Of a DNA stretch of 61,115 bases, positions 29,015 to 37,965 are shown piece after piece; the stretch's first letter is position 1, and every line of letters starts with the position of its first letter. The notes under the pieces are model-generated. The model was not told where the DNA came from, did no database searches, and worked only from the letters and a program-made list of their open reading frames with translations. A program made the position numbers and the translations under genes. Location of the stretch: positions 1 through 61,115 of the forward strand of contig JAIEOU010000004.1 of NCBI GenBank assembly GCA_019750255.1. The letters run 5' to 3'. Source of the stretch: Patescibacteria group bacterium (GTDB taxonomy: Bacteria; Patescibacteriota; Minisyncoccia; Phycocordibacterales; UBA918).

Positions 29015-29216
29015 AACCACGCCATTGCCTCAAATAGTAGCGCTATAACTTCTATAAGGGGGTTTTATATGCTACTACCACCATACAAAATTCTCTACTG
29101 TCAAGCCACGGTTGGGGGGGATATGTTCTAGTATGTAGAAGGAATGAACATTAGTATTCGAAATAATCGTCTCAAATCACCGTATTAAAAACGTGGACTT
29201 ATTCTAATTTTTATTT

Positions 29217-30209
29217 ATGAAAAAATTCATCGCGGGACTTACGCTCGCTGCCGTCATGGCCACTGGCTTTGCCACAGCGTCACCAGCCGAGGCAGCCAGT
29301 AGCCTAAACGGCTTTTACCACTCAAATGGTAAGAGTGCCAATTCTTGGAAGAATAATAACCATAACTACAGTTACACCACTTCCTACCAGCAGAGCACGA
29401 TCGATGCCTATATACGGCAAATCGAAACCTTGCTCGCGCAGTTACGTGCACTGCAAGGCGGTAATTACTACAGCCCGACTAACTATGGGATGAGCGAGGT
29501 CCATGTGACGACTCGCAGCGCTGATGCTATCGAAGATGACGCCGCTACCTTGCGTGGTGTAGTCGACTTCAACGACTCGGATGAAGCCACCGTCTATTTC
29601 CGCTGGGGCATCTCGGCAGCGAACCTATATGAGGAGACAGCGCAGATAGTGCTTGACGAAGGTGACGACGAAAATTTTGACGCACGCATTGATGACCTCG
29701 ACGAAGACCGCACCTACTACTACCGGGCGATAGCCGAGGACGAAGACGGACGCCGAGTACAGGGAGCGATATTGAGCTTCCGCAGTGATGACGATGGTGG
29801 CAGAGATGACCATGACGATAATAATGATAACGACGGAGACTGGCCACAGGTAGAAACCGGTGACGCCAGTGACATCGGGGACAATTATGCTGAACTTGAA
29901 GGCGAGGTAGACATGAACGACTATGAAGACGGCTACGTCTTTCTTGTGTACGGCGAATATGAAGATCAGATCGATGATGTAGCGAACGCCTATGACAGTT
30001 ATGAAGATGTAAATGAGGATGGTGACGACCTACAAAAGATAGCGGTTGATAGCTCGCTTGATGACTCAAGCGATTACTGGGTCGAGGTGAGTGGTCTGGA
30101 TGAAGACACCGATATCTTCTACGCCTATTGTGTAGCATTTGAGGACGAAGATGATGACGAACAGCTTGTGTGCGGTGATACGCAATCATTCACGACCGAA
30201 GAGAACTAA
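29217..30209 (+). CDS. secreted, extremely acidic protein with two Fn3/PKD-like modules
   Basis: Signal peptide ending ASPAEA. Two related modules (TLRGVVDFNDSDEATVYFRWG...YYYRA and ELEGEVDMNDYEDGYVFLVYG...FYAYCVA). Long Asp/Glu runs. Confidence 0.6.
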   Translation: MKKFIAGLTLAAVMATGFATASPAEAASSLNGFYHSNGKSANSWKNNNHNYSYTTSYQQSTIDAYIRQIETLLAQLRALQGGNYYSPTNYGMSEVHVTTRSADAIEDDAATLRGVVDFNDSDEATVYFRWGISAANLYEETAQIVLDEGDDENFDARIDDLDEDRTYYYRAIAEDEDGRRVQGAILSFRSDDDGGRDDHDDNNDNDGDWPQVETGDASDIGDNYAELEGEVDMNDYEDGYVFLVYGEYEDQIDDVANAYDSYEDVNEDGDDLQKIAVDSSLDDSSDYWVEVSGLDEDTDIFYAYCVAFEDEDDDEQLVCGDTQSFTTEEN

Positions 30210-30223
30210 ACAATGGTGATCAC

Positions 30224-30258
30224 AAAAAACCCCAGACATTCTATGTTTGGGGTTTTTT
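30224..30258. terminator. bidirectional terminator
   Basis: AAAAAACCCCAGAC / GTTTGGGGTTTTTT stem with one G:U pair. Confidence 0.7.
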
Positions 30259-30283
30259 ATGAAGACAAAGCTCACTCTACACA

Positions 30284-30577
30284 TTAACTTTTATCTGTTG
30301 GTGGGTTGGCCCGCTGTACGGGGCTCACAATATTAGGGTTCCATTTAGCGGTAATTTCACCGTGCTCCTTTTCAAATTCGGAAATTTAGTGGGCAAGATA
30401 CTGCGAGAGACGTTTGGCGTGCTGCGGTGTGATGGCATAAATTATCCCTTCACCACCCGAGCTCATGGCAACAGCAAAGTATTCAGGAGTATACGCGAGC
30501 TGTACACTCTCACAGAACTCCTTAGGTTCGTTCTTAAAATCTTCAGCTGAAAGTGGCATACCACATAAGTTTAGCAC
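30284..30577 (-). pseudogene. DUF3467-like gene interrupted by an in-frame TAA
   Basis: The 63-codon ORF ends ..ITPQHAKRLSQYLAH at TAA (30386-30388). The same frame continues ISEFEKEHGEITAKW.. for 32 more codons to TAA at 30284-30286. Together they resemble the DUF3467 C-terminus (..P.HAKRL..L...I..YE..FGEI). Confidence 0.5.
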
Positions 30578-30647
30578 ACGGTAGTAAGTTCGCTAGATAC
30601 CCGGAATTACCTTGTTTTTGGCCTAAACAAGCGCATAATTAAACGGT

Positions 30648-31523
30648 ATGCACACAAATACAGCAAAACACTTTGCATTGCAGCTCGGCTCGCTTATTAG
30701 CCTTTATCTTTCGGTCTCGTTTTTACTCGTACTCCTTTTCGGAATTATTAACATTCGTTTTCCGGATGAAGCCTTCGACTATTACTCGTTTGAATCCGCT
30801 GCTAACAGCATCCGTATCGGCATCGCCATGGTGGTGGTGTTTGTGCCTACCTACCTAATTCTGACCCGACTCGTCAATCGCATGCGACGCGCCGAGCCTG
30901 GTGGCGCCTATCTTAACCTCACCAAGTGGCTCATATATCTTTCTCTCCTCATTGGAGGCGGGGCACTCCTCGGTGATTTAGTGGCCGTGATTATGGCCTT
31001 TCTTGAAGGCGAACTAACTCAGCGGTTTTTGCTCAAAGCCTTTGCCGTGCTTGTCGTGGTTGGTGCAGCGTTCCACTACTACGTACTCGATGCCAAGGGC
31101 GTGTGGCTAAAGAATGAGAGTAAGTCGATGTTCTTCGGTATTGGTGCTGCCGTTGTGACACTGGCAGCGGTTGGCTATGGTTTTGCGCAGATTGATCCAC
31201 CGACAGTAGTACGTGAGCAGAAGCTCGATGCGCAGCAAATTACTGACCTCGAACAAATCCAGTGGCGAATCCAAAGTTACTACGACCTCAACAGTCGCTT
31301 ACCCGGATCTCTCAGTGAACTCCCTGGAGAAATCGTTCCAGAAGCTCCAACTGGCCGCGAACCATACAGCTACCGTTTAACAGAAAATGGCTATGAACTC
31401 TGTGCCGTTTTTGCCGCACCAAGTAGCAATGACCAGTTCGCCTACGCTTTTGACTGGAGCCACAAGGAAGGCCGTGCGTGTTTTGAGCGAAATCCAGAAG
31501 GGATGAGTGGACCAAAAATCTAA
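30648..31523 (+). CDS. membrane protein (DUF5671-like N-terminal 4-5 TM region)
   Basis: Hydrophobic N-terminal two-thirds and a soluble C-terminus with two Cys. The family call is tentative. Confidence 0.45.
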   Translation: MHTNTAKHFALQLGSLISLYLSVSFLLVLLFGIINIRFPDEAFDYYSFESAANSIRIGIAMVVVFVPTYLILTRLVNRMRRAEPGGAYLNLTKWLIYLSLLIGGGALLGDLVAVIMAFLEGELTQRFLLKAFAVLVVVGAAFHYYVLDAKGVWLKNESKSMFFGIGAAVVTLAAVGYGFAQIDPPTVVREQKLDAQQITDLEQIQWRIQSYYDLNSRLPGSLSELPGEIVPEAPTGREPYSYRLTENGYELCAVFAAPSSNDQFAYAFDWSHKEGRACFERNPEGMSGPKI

Positions 31524-31550
31524 ATCATTCTACACGGTACAACCAGCACA

Positions 31551-31584
31551 CCACTCCTACTACTCAACTGAGTAGTAGGAGTGG
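31551..31584 (+). terminator. rho-independent terminator
   Basis: Perfect 16-bp stem CCACTCCTACTACTCA / TGAGTAGTAGGAGTGG with a 2-nt loop. Confidence 0.75.
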
Positions 31585-31712
31585 TTATGTATTGTGAGGT
31601 CCGCACACAACGTTTTTACTAGTTCATCCAGATTGCCGCGTCGACTGGTCGCGGGAAGAACTAGGCGAGTGTTTTTACAATTCCCAAAAACGTGGCATAC
31701 TAGAGAACATCT

Positions 31713-34127
31713 ATGCACAAAAAGTTCGACTCGAGTGCCATTGAAAAGAAATGGCAGGACGTCTGGAAGACGGACGGAATCTACGACGCCGGGGATCGCG
31801 ATGAGTCGAAAGAAAAAGAATACGTCCTCGTTGAGTGGCCCTACCCCTCAGGCAACCTTCACATTGGTCACTGGTACGCGTTTGCCGTCCCAGACATCTA
31901 CGTGCGCTATAAGCGCATGATGGGAAAACAGGTGTTGTTTCCAATGGGCTTTGACGCCTTCGGCCTGCCAGCTGAAAACGCAGCCATCAAACGCAACATT
32001 AATCCCCGCGCCTGGACCGACCAAAATATTGCCTACATGAAGGACCAGCTTGCCAGTATGGGCAATGCCTTTTCCTGGGACAAGACCACGAGTTCAACCG
32101 ATCAGGAATACTACACATGGACACAGTGGATGTTTACGCAGTTTTTTGACCGCGGCATTGCCTATAGAGGGAAAGGGGTGGTGAATTGGTGCCCGGGTTG
32201 TAATACCGTGATTGCAAACGAACAGGTGCTCTCTGATGGCACCTGCGAACGCTCTGGTGACGTTATCGAAAAGCGCGAAATGCCTCAGTGGATGCTTAAG
32301 ATTACCGACTACGCTGACCGCTTAATAGACGACCTCGACACCCTTGATTGGCCCGAACACATCAAAGAAGCGCAGCGGCAGTGGATTGGGCGCTCACAGG
32401 GAGCTGAAATCGATTTCAAAATTTCCACAGGTGATACAGTGACTGTCTTTACCACCCGTCCTGATACGCTGTATGGAGCCACGTATCTAGTGCTAGCACC
32501 AGAGCATCCCCTCGTTTCCGCGCAGCGCGCAGCTCTTTCAAACTGGAGTGCAGTAGAAGCCTATGTGAAGCAGGCTACTCAACGTGATGAACAAGACCGC
32601 CTTGACGCCACCAAGGAAAAGACCGGGGTGAAGCTTGACGGCATTACCGCTATTAATCCTGCTACTGGTGAATCAATCCCGGTTTTTGTCGCAGACTATG
32701 TGCTTGGCGGCTACGGTACCGGTGCCATCATGGCCGTACCAGCGCACGACGAGCGCGACTTCGCCTTCGCTGAAAAATTTGATGTGCACGTTACATACGT
32801 CGTAAAGCCGGCAGACGAAACTCTGCAGATCCAGTCGTTTGATGGCAGGAGAAAGTTTTACGCAGACAAAGGAGTCCTGGTTAGTTCCGGTGAGTTTGAC
32901 GGAATGGATTCGGAAGATGCCAAAGAGGCAATTGTAAAAAAAGTTGGTGGTCGCATGACGAACACCTACCGGTTGCGCGACTGGTCTATCGGTCGGCAGC
33001 GCTACTGGGGCGTACCAATTCCGATTGTCTATGATACGACAGGGAAGGCGCACCCCGTACCGCAGGAGCACTTACCCTGGACACTCCCGGAAGACGTCGA
33101 TTTCACACCTACCGGCGAAGCGCCACTCGCTAAAAGCGAAGCACTTAAAGCGCGCACCGAAGAAATATTTGGCCAGGGCTGGACACCTGAAGTTGAGACG
33201 ATGGATACCTTTGTCGATTCATCGTGGTATTTTTTGCGCTACATTGATGCCCACAACGATGACCTGCTCGCAAACCCAGTAAAGCAAAAACAGTGGCTAC
33301 CGGTTGATATGTATTTCGGTGGAGCAGAGCACACGACCATGCATCTCCTCTACTCCCGCTTTTGGCAGAAGGCACTCTATGACCTAGGCGTCGCGGTCCA
33401 CCAAGAACCATACCAACGCCGGATTAACCGTGGACTGATTCTTGGTCCGGATGGAAATAAAATGAGTAAGAGTAAGGGAAATGTAATCGACCCTGACGAG
33501 CAGGTGAAGCTTGTTGGTGCCGACACTGTTAAAATGTACCTCGCGTTCATGGGTCCGTATGAGGGCAACAACTACCCCTGGGACATGGGTGGTATTGCCG
33601 GACTGCGCCGCTTCCTCGAGCGCGTGTACGGGCTTGGCTCACACCTTACTGACTCTGAGCCCGAAGCGGTGACACGCCAACTGCACAAAACGATAAAGAA
33701 AGTCGGTACAGATATAGCGGAGCATAAGTTCAACACCGCTATTTCCGCTTTGATGATCTTTGTAAACCGTGCAGAAAAAGAAGGCCTCGCTAGGGATTCT
33801 TTCTTGACCTTCCTACGCGTACTCGCCCCGTTTGCTCCTCACCTAACCGAAGAGATATGGCGCGAAATGGGCAACACTACCTCAATCCATCTCGAAGCAT
33901 TTCCGGAAGCACAGGAAACCCTGGTAGTAGATGTACTTGTCACGATTGGTGTACAAATCAACGGTAAAATGCGAGGAACTGTCACAATCAGTCCCGACGC
34001 TAACCAGAATGAAGTACTAGCCTTAGCCTTGACCGACAAAAGTATTAGCAGCAAGCTAAGCGGGAGTGTCCCAGCAAAAGTAATATATGTGCCAGGTAAA
34101 ATCTTGAATCTTATTCATAATGAATAG
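31713..34127 (+). CDS. leuS: leucine--tRNA ligase
   Basis: P.PSG.LHIGH (HIGH) and KMSKSKGN (KMSKS) motifs. 804 aa. Confidence 0.97.
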   Translation: MHKKFDSSAIEKKWQDVWKTDGIYDAGDRDESKEKEYVLVEWPYPSGNLHIGHWYAFAVPDIYVRYKRMMGKQVLFPMGFDAFGLPAENAAIKRNINPRAWTDQNIAYMKDQLASMGNAFSWDKTTSSTDQEYYTWTQWMFTQFFDRGIAYRGKGVVNWCPGCNTVIANEQVLSDGTCERSGDVIEKREMPQWMLKITDYADRLIDDLDTLDWPEHIKEAQRQWIGRSQGAEIDFKISTGDTVTVFTTRPDTLYGATYLVLAPEHPLVSAQRAALSNWSAVEAYVKQATQRDEQDRLDATKEKTGVKLDGITAINPATGESIPVFVADYVLGGYGTGAIMAVPAHDERDFAFAEKFDVHVTYVVKPADETLQIQSFDGRRKFYADKGVLVSSGEFDGMDSEDAKEAIVKKVGGRMTNTYRLRDWSIGRQRYWGVPIPIVYDTTGKAHPVPQEHLPWTLPEDVDFTPTGEAPLAKSEALKARTEEIFGQGWTPEVETMDTFVDSSWYFLRYIDAHNDDLLANPVKQKQWLPVDMYFGGAEHTTMHLLYSRFWQKALYDLGVAVHQEPYQRRINRGLILGPDGNKMSKSKGNVIDPDEQVKLVGADTVKMYLAFMGPYEGNNYPWDMGGIAGLRRFLERVYGLGSHLTDSEPEAVTRQLHKTIKKVGTDIAEHKFNTAISALMIFVNRAEKEGLARDSFLTFLRVLAPFAPHLTEEIWREMGNTTSIHLEAFPEAQETLVVDVLVTIGVQINGKMRGTVTISPDANQNEVLALALTDKSISSKLSGSVPAKVIYVPGKILNLIHNE

Positions 34128-34140
34128 ACTAGGGAAGCTA

Positions 34141-34169
34141 TTGACCACATTTGGTTGATATGTTATAAA
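34141..34169 (+). promoter_or_regulatory. putative sigma70-type promoter
   Basis: TTGACC (34141-34146), a 17-nt spacer, then TATAAA (34164-34169). Confidence 0.5.
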
Positions 34170-34236
34170 TGTCGCACTCATAGATTAAGAAGAACCCTTT
34201 ATTATTCAGTTGCGCGAAGGTATACACCACAACACC

Positions 34237-35262
34237 ATGATTTCGTTTAAACCAAAGAACATCACCAAAGCGCTCCTCGCGGTGCTCCCAGAGCGTGCGC
34301 GCGATGTCCTCGAGAAGCGCTATGGCCTTCGCACTGACGGAGAGGTCTTCACCCTTGAAGCCATCGGCCAGTCATACGGAATTACCCGTGAACGCGTACG
34401 CCAGATTGAAAATTACGGCATTGCTGCGATTCAGAAGTCTGAAGAGTACAAGAAGCATTTTGACCTCTTTGTTGAGATGCAAAAACTCATTGACCAGCTT
34501 GGAGGCGGAGTGATTGCTGAACACGTGCTCCTTGAAGAGCTCTCAACAGATCCCGTCGTACGCAACCACCTCTACTTCCTCCTCGTGGTCGGCGACTTCT
34601 TCTACAAAGGCAAAGAAAACCCCCACTACACTCATCGATGGTTTACCGAAAAGAAAACCGCCGATACCGTGGAAAAGGCTCTTCGTAACGTGCACCAGTC
34701 TCTCAGTCGCGACGAACTCGTGTCAGAACAAGAAATTATTCAACGATTCCGTTCTGAACTAGCCGGCAGCGCAGATCGTCACGACGAACATGTACTCAAG
34801 CGATGGCTCTCAATTTCTAAGCAAATTGGAAAAAACCCACTTGGGGACTGGGGACCAGCAGACAGTCCAAATATACGCGTCAAGGGTATCCGCGACTACG
34901 CCTACCTAACGGTAAAGCGCCATGGTTCACCCATGCACTTTCGCGAGGTAGCTGAAGCTATCGCCGACCTCTTTGCGCACAAAGCTCACATTGCTACCAC
35001 TCATAACGAACTCATTAAAGATGGTCGGTTTGTGCTCGTCGGCCGTGGCCTTTACGCCCTCACTGAATGGGGTTACACCGCCGGGGTGGTAAAAGAAGTC
35101 CTTCGCGATATCCTCAAACACGAAGGTCCGCTGTCTCGAGAAGAACTGATCGACAAGGTAAAAAAGGAGCGCTACGTAAAGGACAATACGATTATCGTAA
35201 ATCTCCAAGACACCAACCTTTTCAAGCGGCTGAGTAACGGGACGTTTACCCTAGCTGAATAG
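34237..35262 (+). CDS. sigma-70 region-4-like HTH protein with C-terminal HARE-HTH domain
   Basis: LPERARDVLEKRYGL......TLEAIGQSYGITRERVRQIEN is region-4-like. The C-terminal MHFREVAEAI......GRFVLVGRGLYALTEWGY is HARE-HTH-like. Confidence 0.65.
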   Translation: MISFKPKNITKALLAVLPERARDVLEKRYGLRTDGEVFTLEAIGQSYGITRERVRQIENYGIAAIQKSEEYKKHFDLFVEMQKLIDQLGGGVIAEHVLLEELSTDPVVRNHLYFLLVVGDFFYKGKENPHYTHRWFTEKKTADTVEKALRNVHQSLSRDELVSEQEIIQRFRSELAGSADRHDEHVLKRWLSISKQIGKNPLGDWGPADSPNIRVKGIRDYAYLTVKRHGSPMHFREVAEAIADLFAHKAHIATTHNELIKDGRFVLVGRGLYALTEWGYTAGVVKEVLRDILKHEGPLSREELIDKVKKERYVKDNTIIVNLQDTNLFKRLSNGTFTLAE

Positions 35263-35268
35263 GCACCT

Positions 35269-35372
35269 TACCGCTCGCCGCCATTACTTTTTTCGCGTTG
35301 ATGCTCAAAAGTAATGAGGCCGCCGGTATAAGCAAAACATAGTCAGCGCAAGCGCATCCTTGTTTCTGCTTA
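35269..35372. repeat. copy 3 of the ~100-nt hairpin-containing interspersed element
   Basis: ACCGCTCGCCGCCATTACTTTTTTCGCGTTGATGCTCAAAAGTAATGAGGCCGCCGGTATAAGC...CCTTGTTTCTGCTTA. Lies 7 nt after the stop at 35262, in the same orientation as copy 2. Confidence 0.8.
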
Positions 35373-35388
35373 ACCAACAGCAATCAGC

Positions 35389-35412
35389 AAAAAGCCCCTT
35401 ATGGGGCTTTTT
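35389..35412 (+). terminator. rho-independent terminator
   Basis: AAAAAGCCCC-TTAT-GGGGCTTTTT. Confidence 0.8.
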
Positions 35413-35443
35413 GTATAGTACAATACAGTTACTTTTCCTTCTT

Positions 35444-36784
35444 ATGGGCGACTTTTTTAAGATGGTATTTGCAATTGTCGTTATTCCACTCATGATTTTG
35501 ATCACGGGTGGTGTCTTATATTTCCTTCTCACTCGACTCGATGTAAATCCCGAACCAATACTTTCCATTGTGGTATTACTTTCTCCGGTCTGGCTGCCCT
35601 ACGTGCTCTTTCATCTCATGTTTGATCAGTGGAGAGAGTATATTCGACTTAAGTGGAAGATAGCTAACGGTCGTACAACACTGCGTATAAAACTTCCTCA
35701 GGAAGTATTTAAGTCTCCCGAAGCCATGGAGGCAGTCATTTCTCAAATTCACAACACGAGTGGTTCGGATAACCTATGGCAAGCTTACATTGATGGACGT
35801 AACCCGCTTATATTCAGCTTTGAACTTGTGTCACACGGCGGGGAAGTGCGCTTCTATATCAACGTCCCAACCAAGAAGACAAAAAACGGGGTAGAGGCGG
35901 CGCTGTATGCCCACTATCCTGGGGTTGAAGTAGTAGAAGAACCTCTCGATTATGCAGCGGAAATATCATGGAACCCAGACAAGTACGAAATGATGGCGTT
36001 TCATCTCGGGAAAAAAGAGGATGAGATATTTCCAATCAAAACCTATATTGATTTCGGCATGGACCGACTGCCGAAAGAGGAGTTTAAATTTGAACCGATG
36101 GCAACAATGATTGAGCAGATTGGACGAATAAAACCCCACGAACGCATCTGGATACAAATCCTTGCCAAGCCCCATGGAAAAAAGAACTTTATGACGGGCG
36201 ACCTGCAAGAAAGTGGTACCTGGGATAAAAAAATTGAAGCGCACATAGAAAAGCTACTCGGACGTAACAAAGATAAACAAGGCGCGGCAGATACTGAGTT
36301 CACCCCCAGACTCACGAAAGGGGAACAAGAAAATGTTTCGGCCATGGAGCGCAACGCTACCAAATATCCGTACGAAGTCGCTATTCGCATGCTTTATATA
36401 ACGGAGAAGGGTAAGTTTAATGGGGATCTTATCGGGCCAACGCTAAAGACCTTTTCTCAATACGACATGCTCAAACGCAATGCTATAGGCCCCCGCTGGC
36501 GTACTGACTTCGACAATAACTGGCTCGAAGACTACTCCGGAGCCAAAAAACTGCAAGGGAAGAAAGACGAGCTTCATGATTATAAACTGCGTGAATATAG
36601 CGCGCGCGCCAAATCGAAGGGTGGCAGCAAGTCGGACGATATGAAAGTATTCTCCGCCGAAGAACTCGCGACCATCTATCACCTTCCCGGTAGCGTCATT
36701 GTAAGTCCCGCCCTGCCGCGCATTATGTCGGCACGCAAAGAAGCCCCAAGTAATCTACCAACCGGTTTACCGACCACTCTGTAA
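35444..36784 (+). CDS. membrane-anchored hypothetical protein
   Basis: The ATG at 35444 lies downstream of the terminator. Two N-terminal TM helices, then a large soluble domain. No family recognised. Confidence 0.5.
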   Translation: MGDFFKMVFAIVVIPLMILITGGVLYFLLTRLDVNPEPILSIVVLLSPVWLPYVLFHLMFDQWREYIRLKWKIANGRTTLRIKLPQEVFKSPEAMEAVISQIHNTSGSDNLWQAYIDGRNPLIFSFELVSHGGEVRFYINVPTKKTKNGVEAALYAHYPGVEVVEEPLDYAAEISWNPDKYEMMAFHLGKKEDEIFPIKTYIDFGMDRLPKEEFKFEPMATMIEQIGRIKPHERIWIQILAKPHGKKNFMTGDLQESGTWDKKIEAHIEKLLGRNKDKQGAADTEFTPRLTKGEQENVSAMERNATKYPYEVAIRMLYITEKGKFNGDLIGPTLKTFSQYDMLKRNAIGPRWRTDFDNNWLEDYSGAKKLQGKKDELHDYKLREYSARAKSKGGSKSDDMKVFSAEELATIYHLPGSVIVSPALPRIMSARKEAPSNLPTGLPTTL

Positions 36785-36785
36785 T

Positions 36786-37805
36786 ATGTTACCCGCACCT
36801 GCCTTTCCCAACTACACCGAAAATGGCTCGCCTACATCACCCCTGCGACGTTTCCTGCGCCGGGCATTTTACGCAGGCATCGTTCTGGCTGCAATTACCG
36901 GAATTGCATTGTCCTATGTTCAGCACATCGTAACACCACCTAACAATTTTCCCGTTGAACAAGAATTTGTGATCACCGAAGGCGCAACCACTGTCGAAAT
37001 TACAGAAGCCCTCTATGCCGCTGGGTTTGTGCGCTCACCGTTTGCACTGTATGCCATCCTGGTAATGCTGCATGATCCCCGAGAGTTAAAGGCCAGTACC
37101 TATATCTTTAGCCAACCACTTTCAGCCTTTGAGTTGGCCGAACGCTTTTTGCTCGGTGATTACGGAAATGATCTCGTCCGCTTTGTTCACTACGAAGGTG
37201 AATCACGCAAGTTCTTGGCCGAAAGGGCTGGACAAGTCCTGCGCGGCTTTGACGCCGAAGCGTTCCTCGCTCTTACCGAAGGGAAAGAGGGGAAACTATT
37301 TCCTGATACCTACCTGCTCCCTAAAGTATTTTCTGCCCCTGAGCTGGCAGCACTGCTTGAAGAGACCTATGAATCGAGGGTAGGGCCACTACGACCGGCT
37401 ATGTTCGACAGCTCCCTGACAGAAGAGGAGATTATCATTCTCGCCTCAATTCTTGAGCGAGAAGCCAACACGCCGCAAAGCAAGGGTATGGTGGCAGACA
37501 TATTATTGCGCCGGCTCGAGATGGGTATGCCGCTTCAGGTCGATGCCTCAATGGAATACGTACTCGATAAGCCACTTAACGAACTACTTGCGAGTGATCT
37601 CGATGTTGACTCGCCATACAATACGTATCTCAACGACGGCTTGCCACCGACTCCAATTGGAAATCCTGGCCTTACCGCCATTCAGGCAGTACTGGAACCA
37701 ACTCCGTCAAACTACCTCTTCTATATTACCGGGAATGATGGGGTGTTTTACTATGCCGAAACGTATGCGCAGCATAAGCGCAATATTGATGCCTACCTCC
37801 GGTAA
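36786..37805 (+). CDS. mltG: endolytic murein transglycosylase MltG (YceG-like)
   Basis: LASILEREA......ADILLRRL..GMPLQ.D......DSPYNTY...GLPPTPI.NPG. Confidence 0.85.
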   Translation: MLPAPAFPNYTENGSPTSPLRRFLRRAFYAGIVLAAITGIALSYVQHIVTPPNNFPVEQEFVITEGATTVEITEALYAAGFVRSPFALYAILVMLHDPRELKASTYIFSQPLSAFELAERFLLGDYGNDLVRFVHYEGESRKFLAERAGQVLRGFDAEAFLALTEGKEGKLFPDTYLLPKVFSAPELAALLEETYESRVGPLRPAMFDSSLTEEEIIILASILEREANTPQSKGMVADILLRRLEMGMPLQVDASMEYVLDKPLNELLASDLDVDSPYNTYLNDGLPPTPIGNPGLTAIQAVLEPTPSNYLFYITGNDGVFYYAETYAQHKRNIDAYLR

Positions 37806-37965
37806 TCTTCTTAAAATTTGGTCGATACTTTGTCGCTTTCGGCACTCACATGCTCAATGTACGAATTAGTACACCTCACATGCTCGCACCTCAGCTTCGC
37901 GTCTCGCCCTTAATGTAAAGAAGATTTAAGTTTGCAATGTAAAAAATAAATGCTAGCGTGTGCGC

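Noticed and set aside
29569-30189. 206-aa minus-strand ORF rich in His/Arg/Ser/Leu
   Set aside because: It is the mirror image of the GAT/GAC/GAA-rich acidic secreted-protein gene. Low-complexity codon repeats on the + strand keep the antisense frame open.
31524-31712. T-box or other leader upstream of leuS
   Set aside because: The prominent 16-bp hairpin is the terminator of the upstream gene. No specifier-loop or T-box (AATTAGGGTGGTACCGCG-like) sequence was seen. alaS has only a 62-nt upstream spacer.
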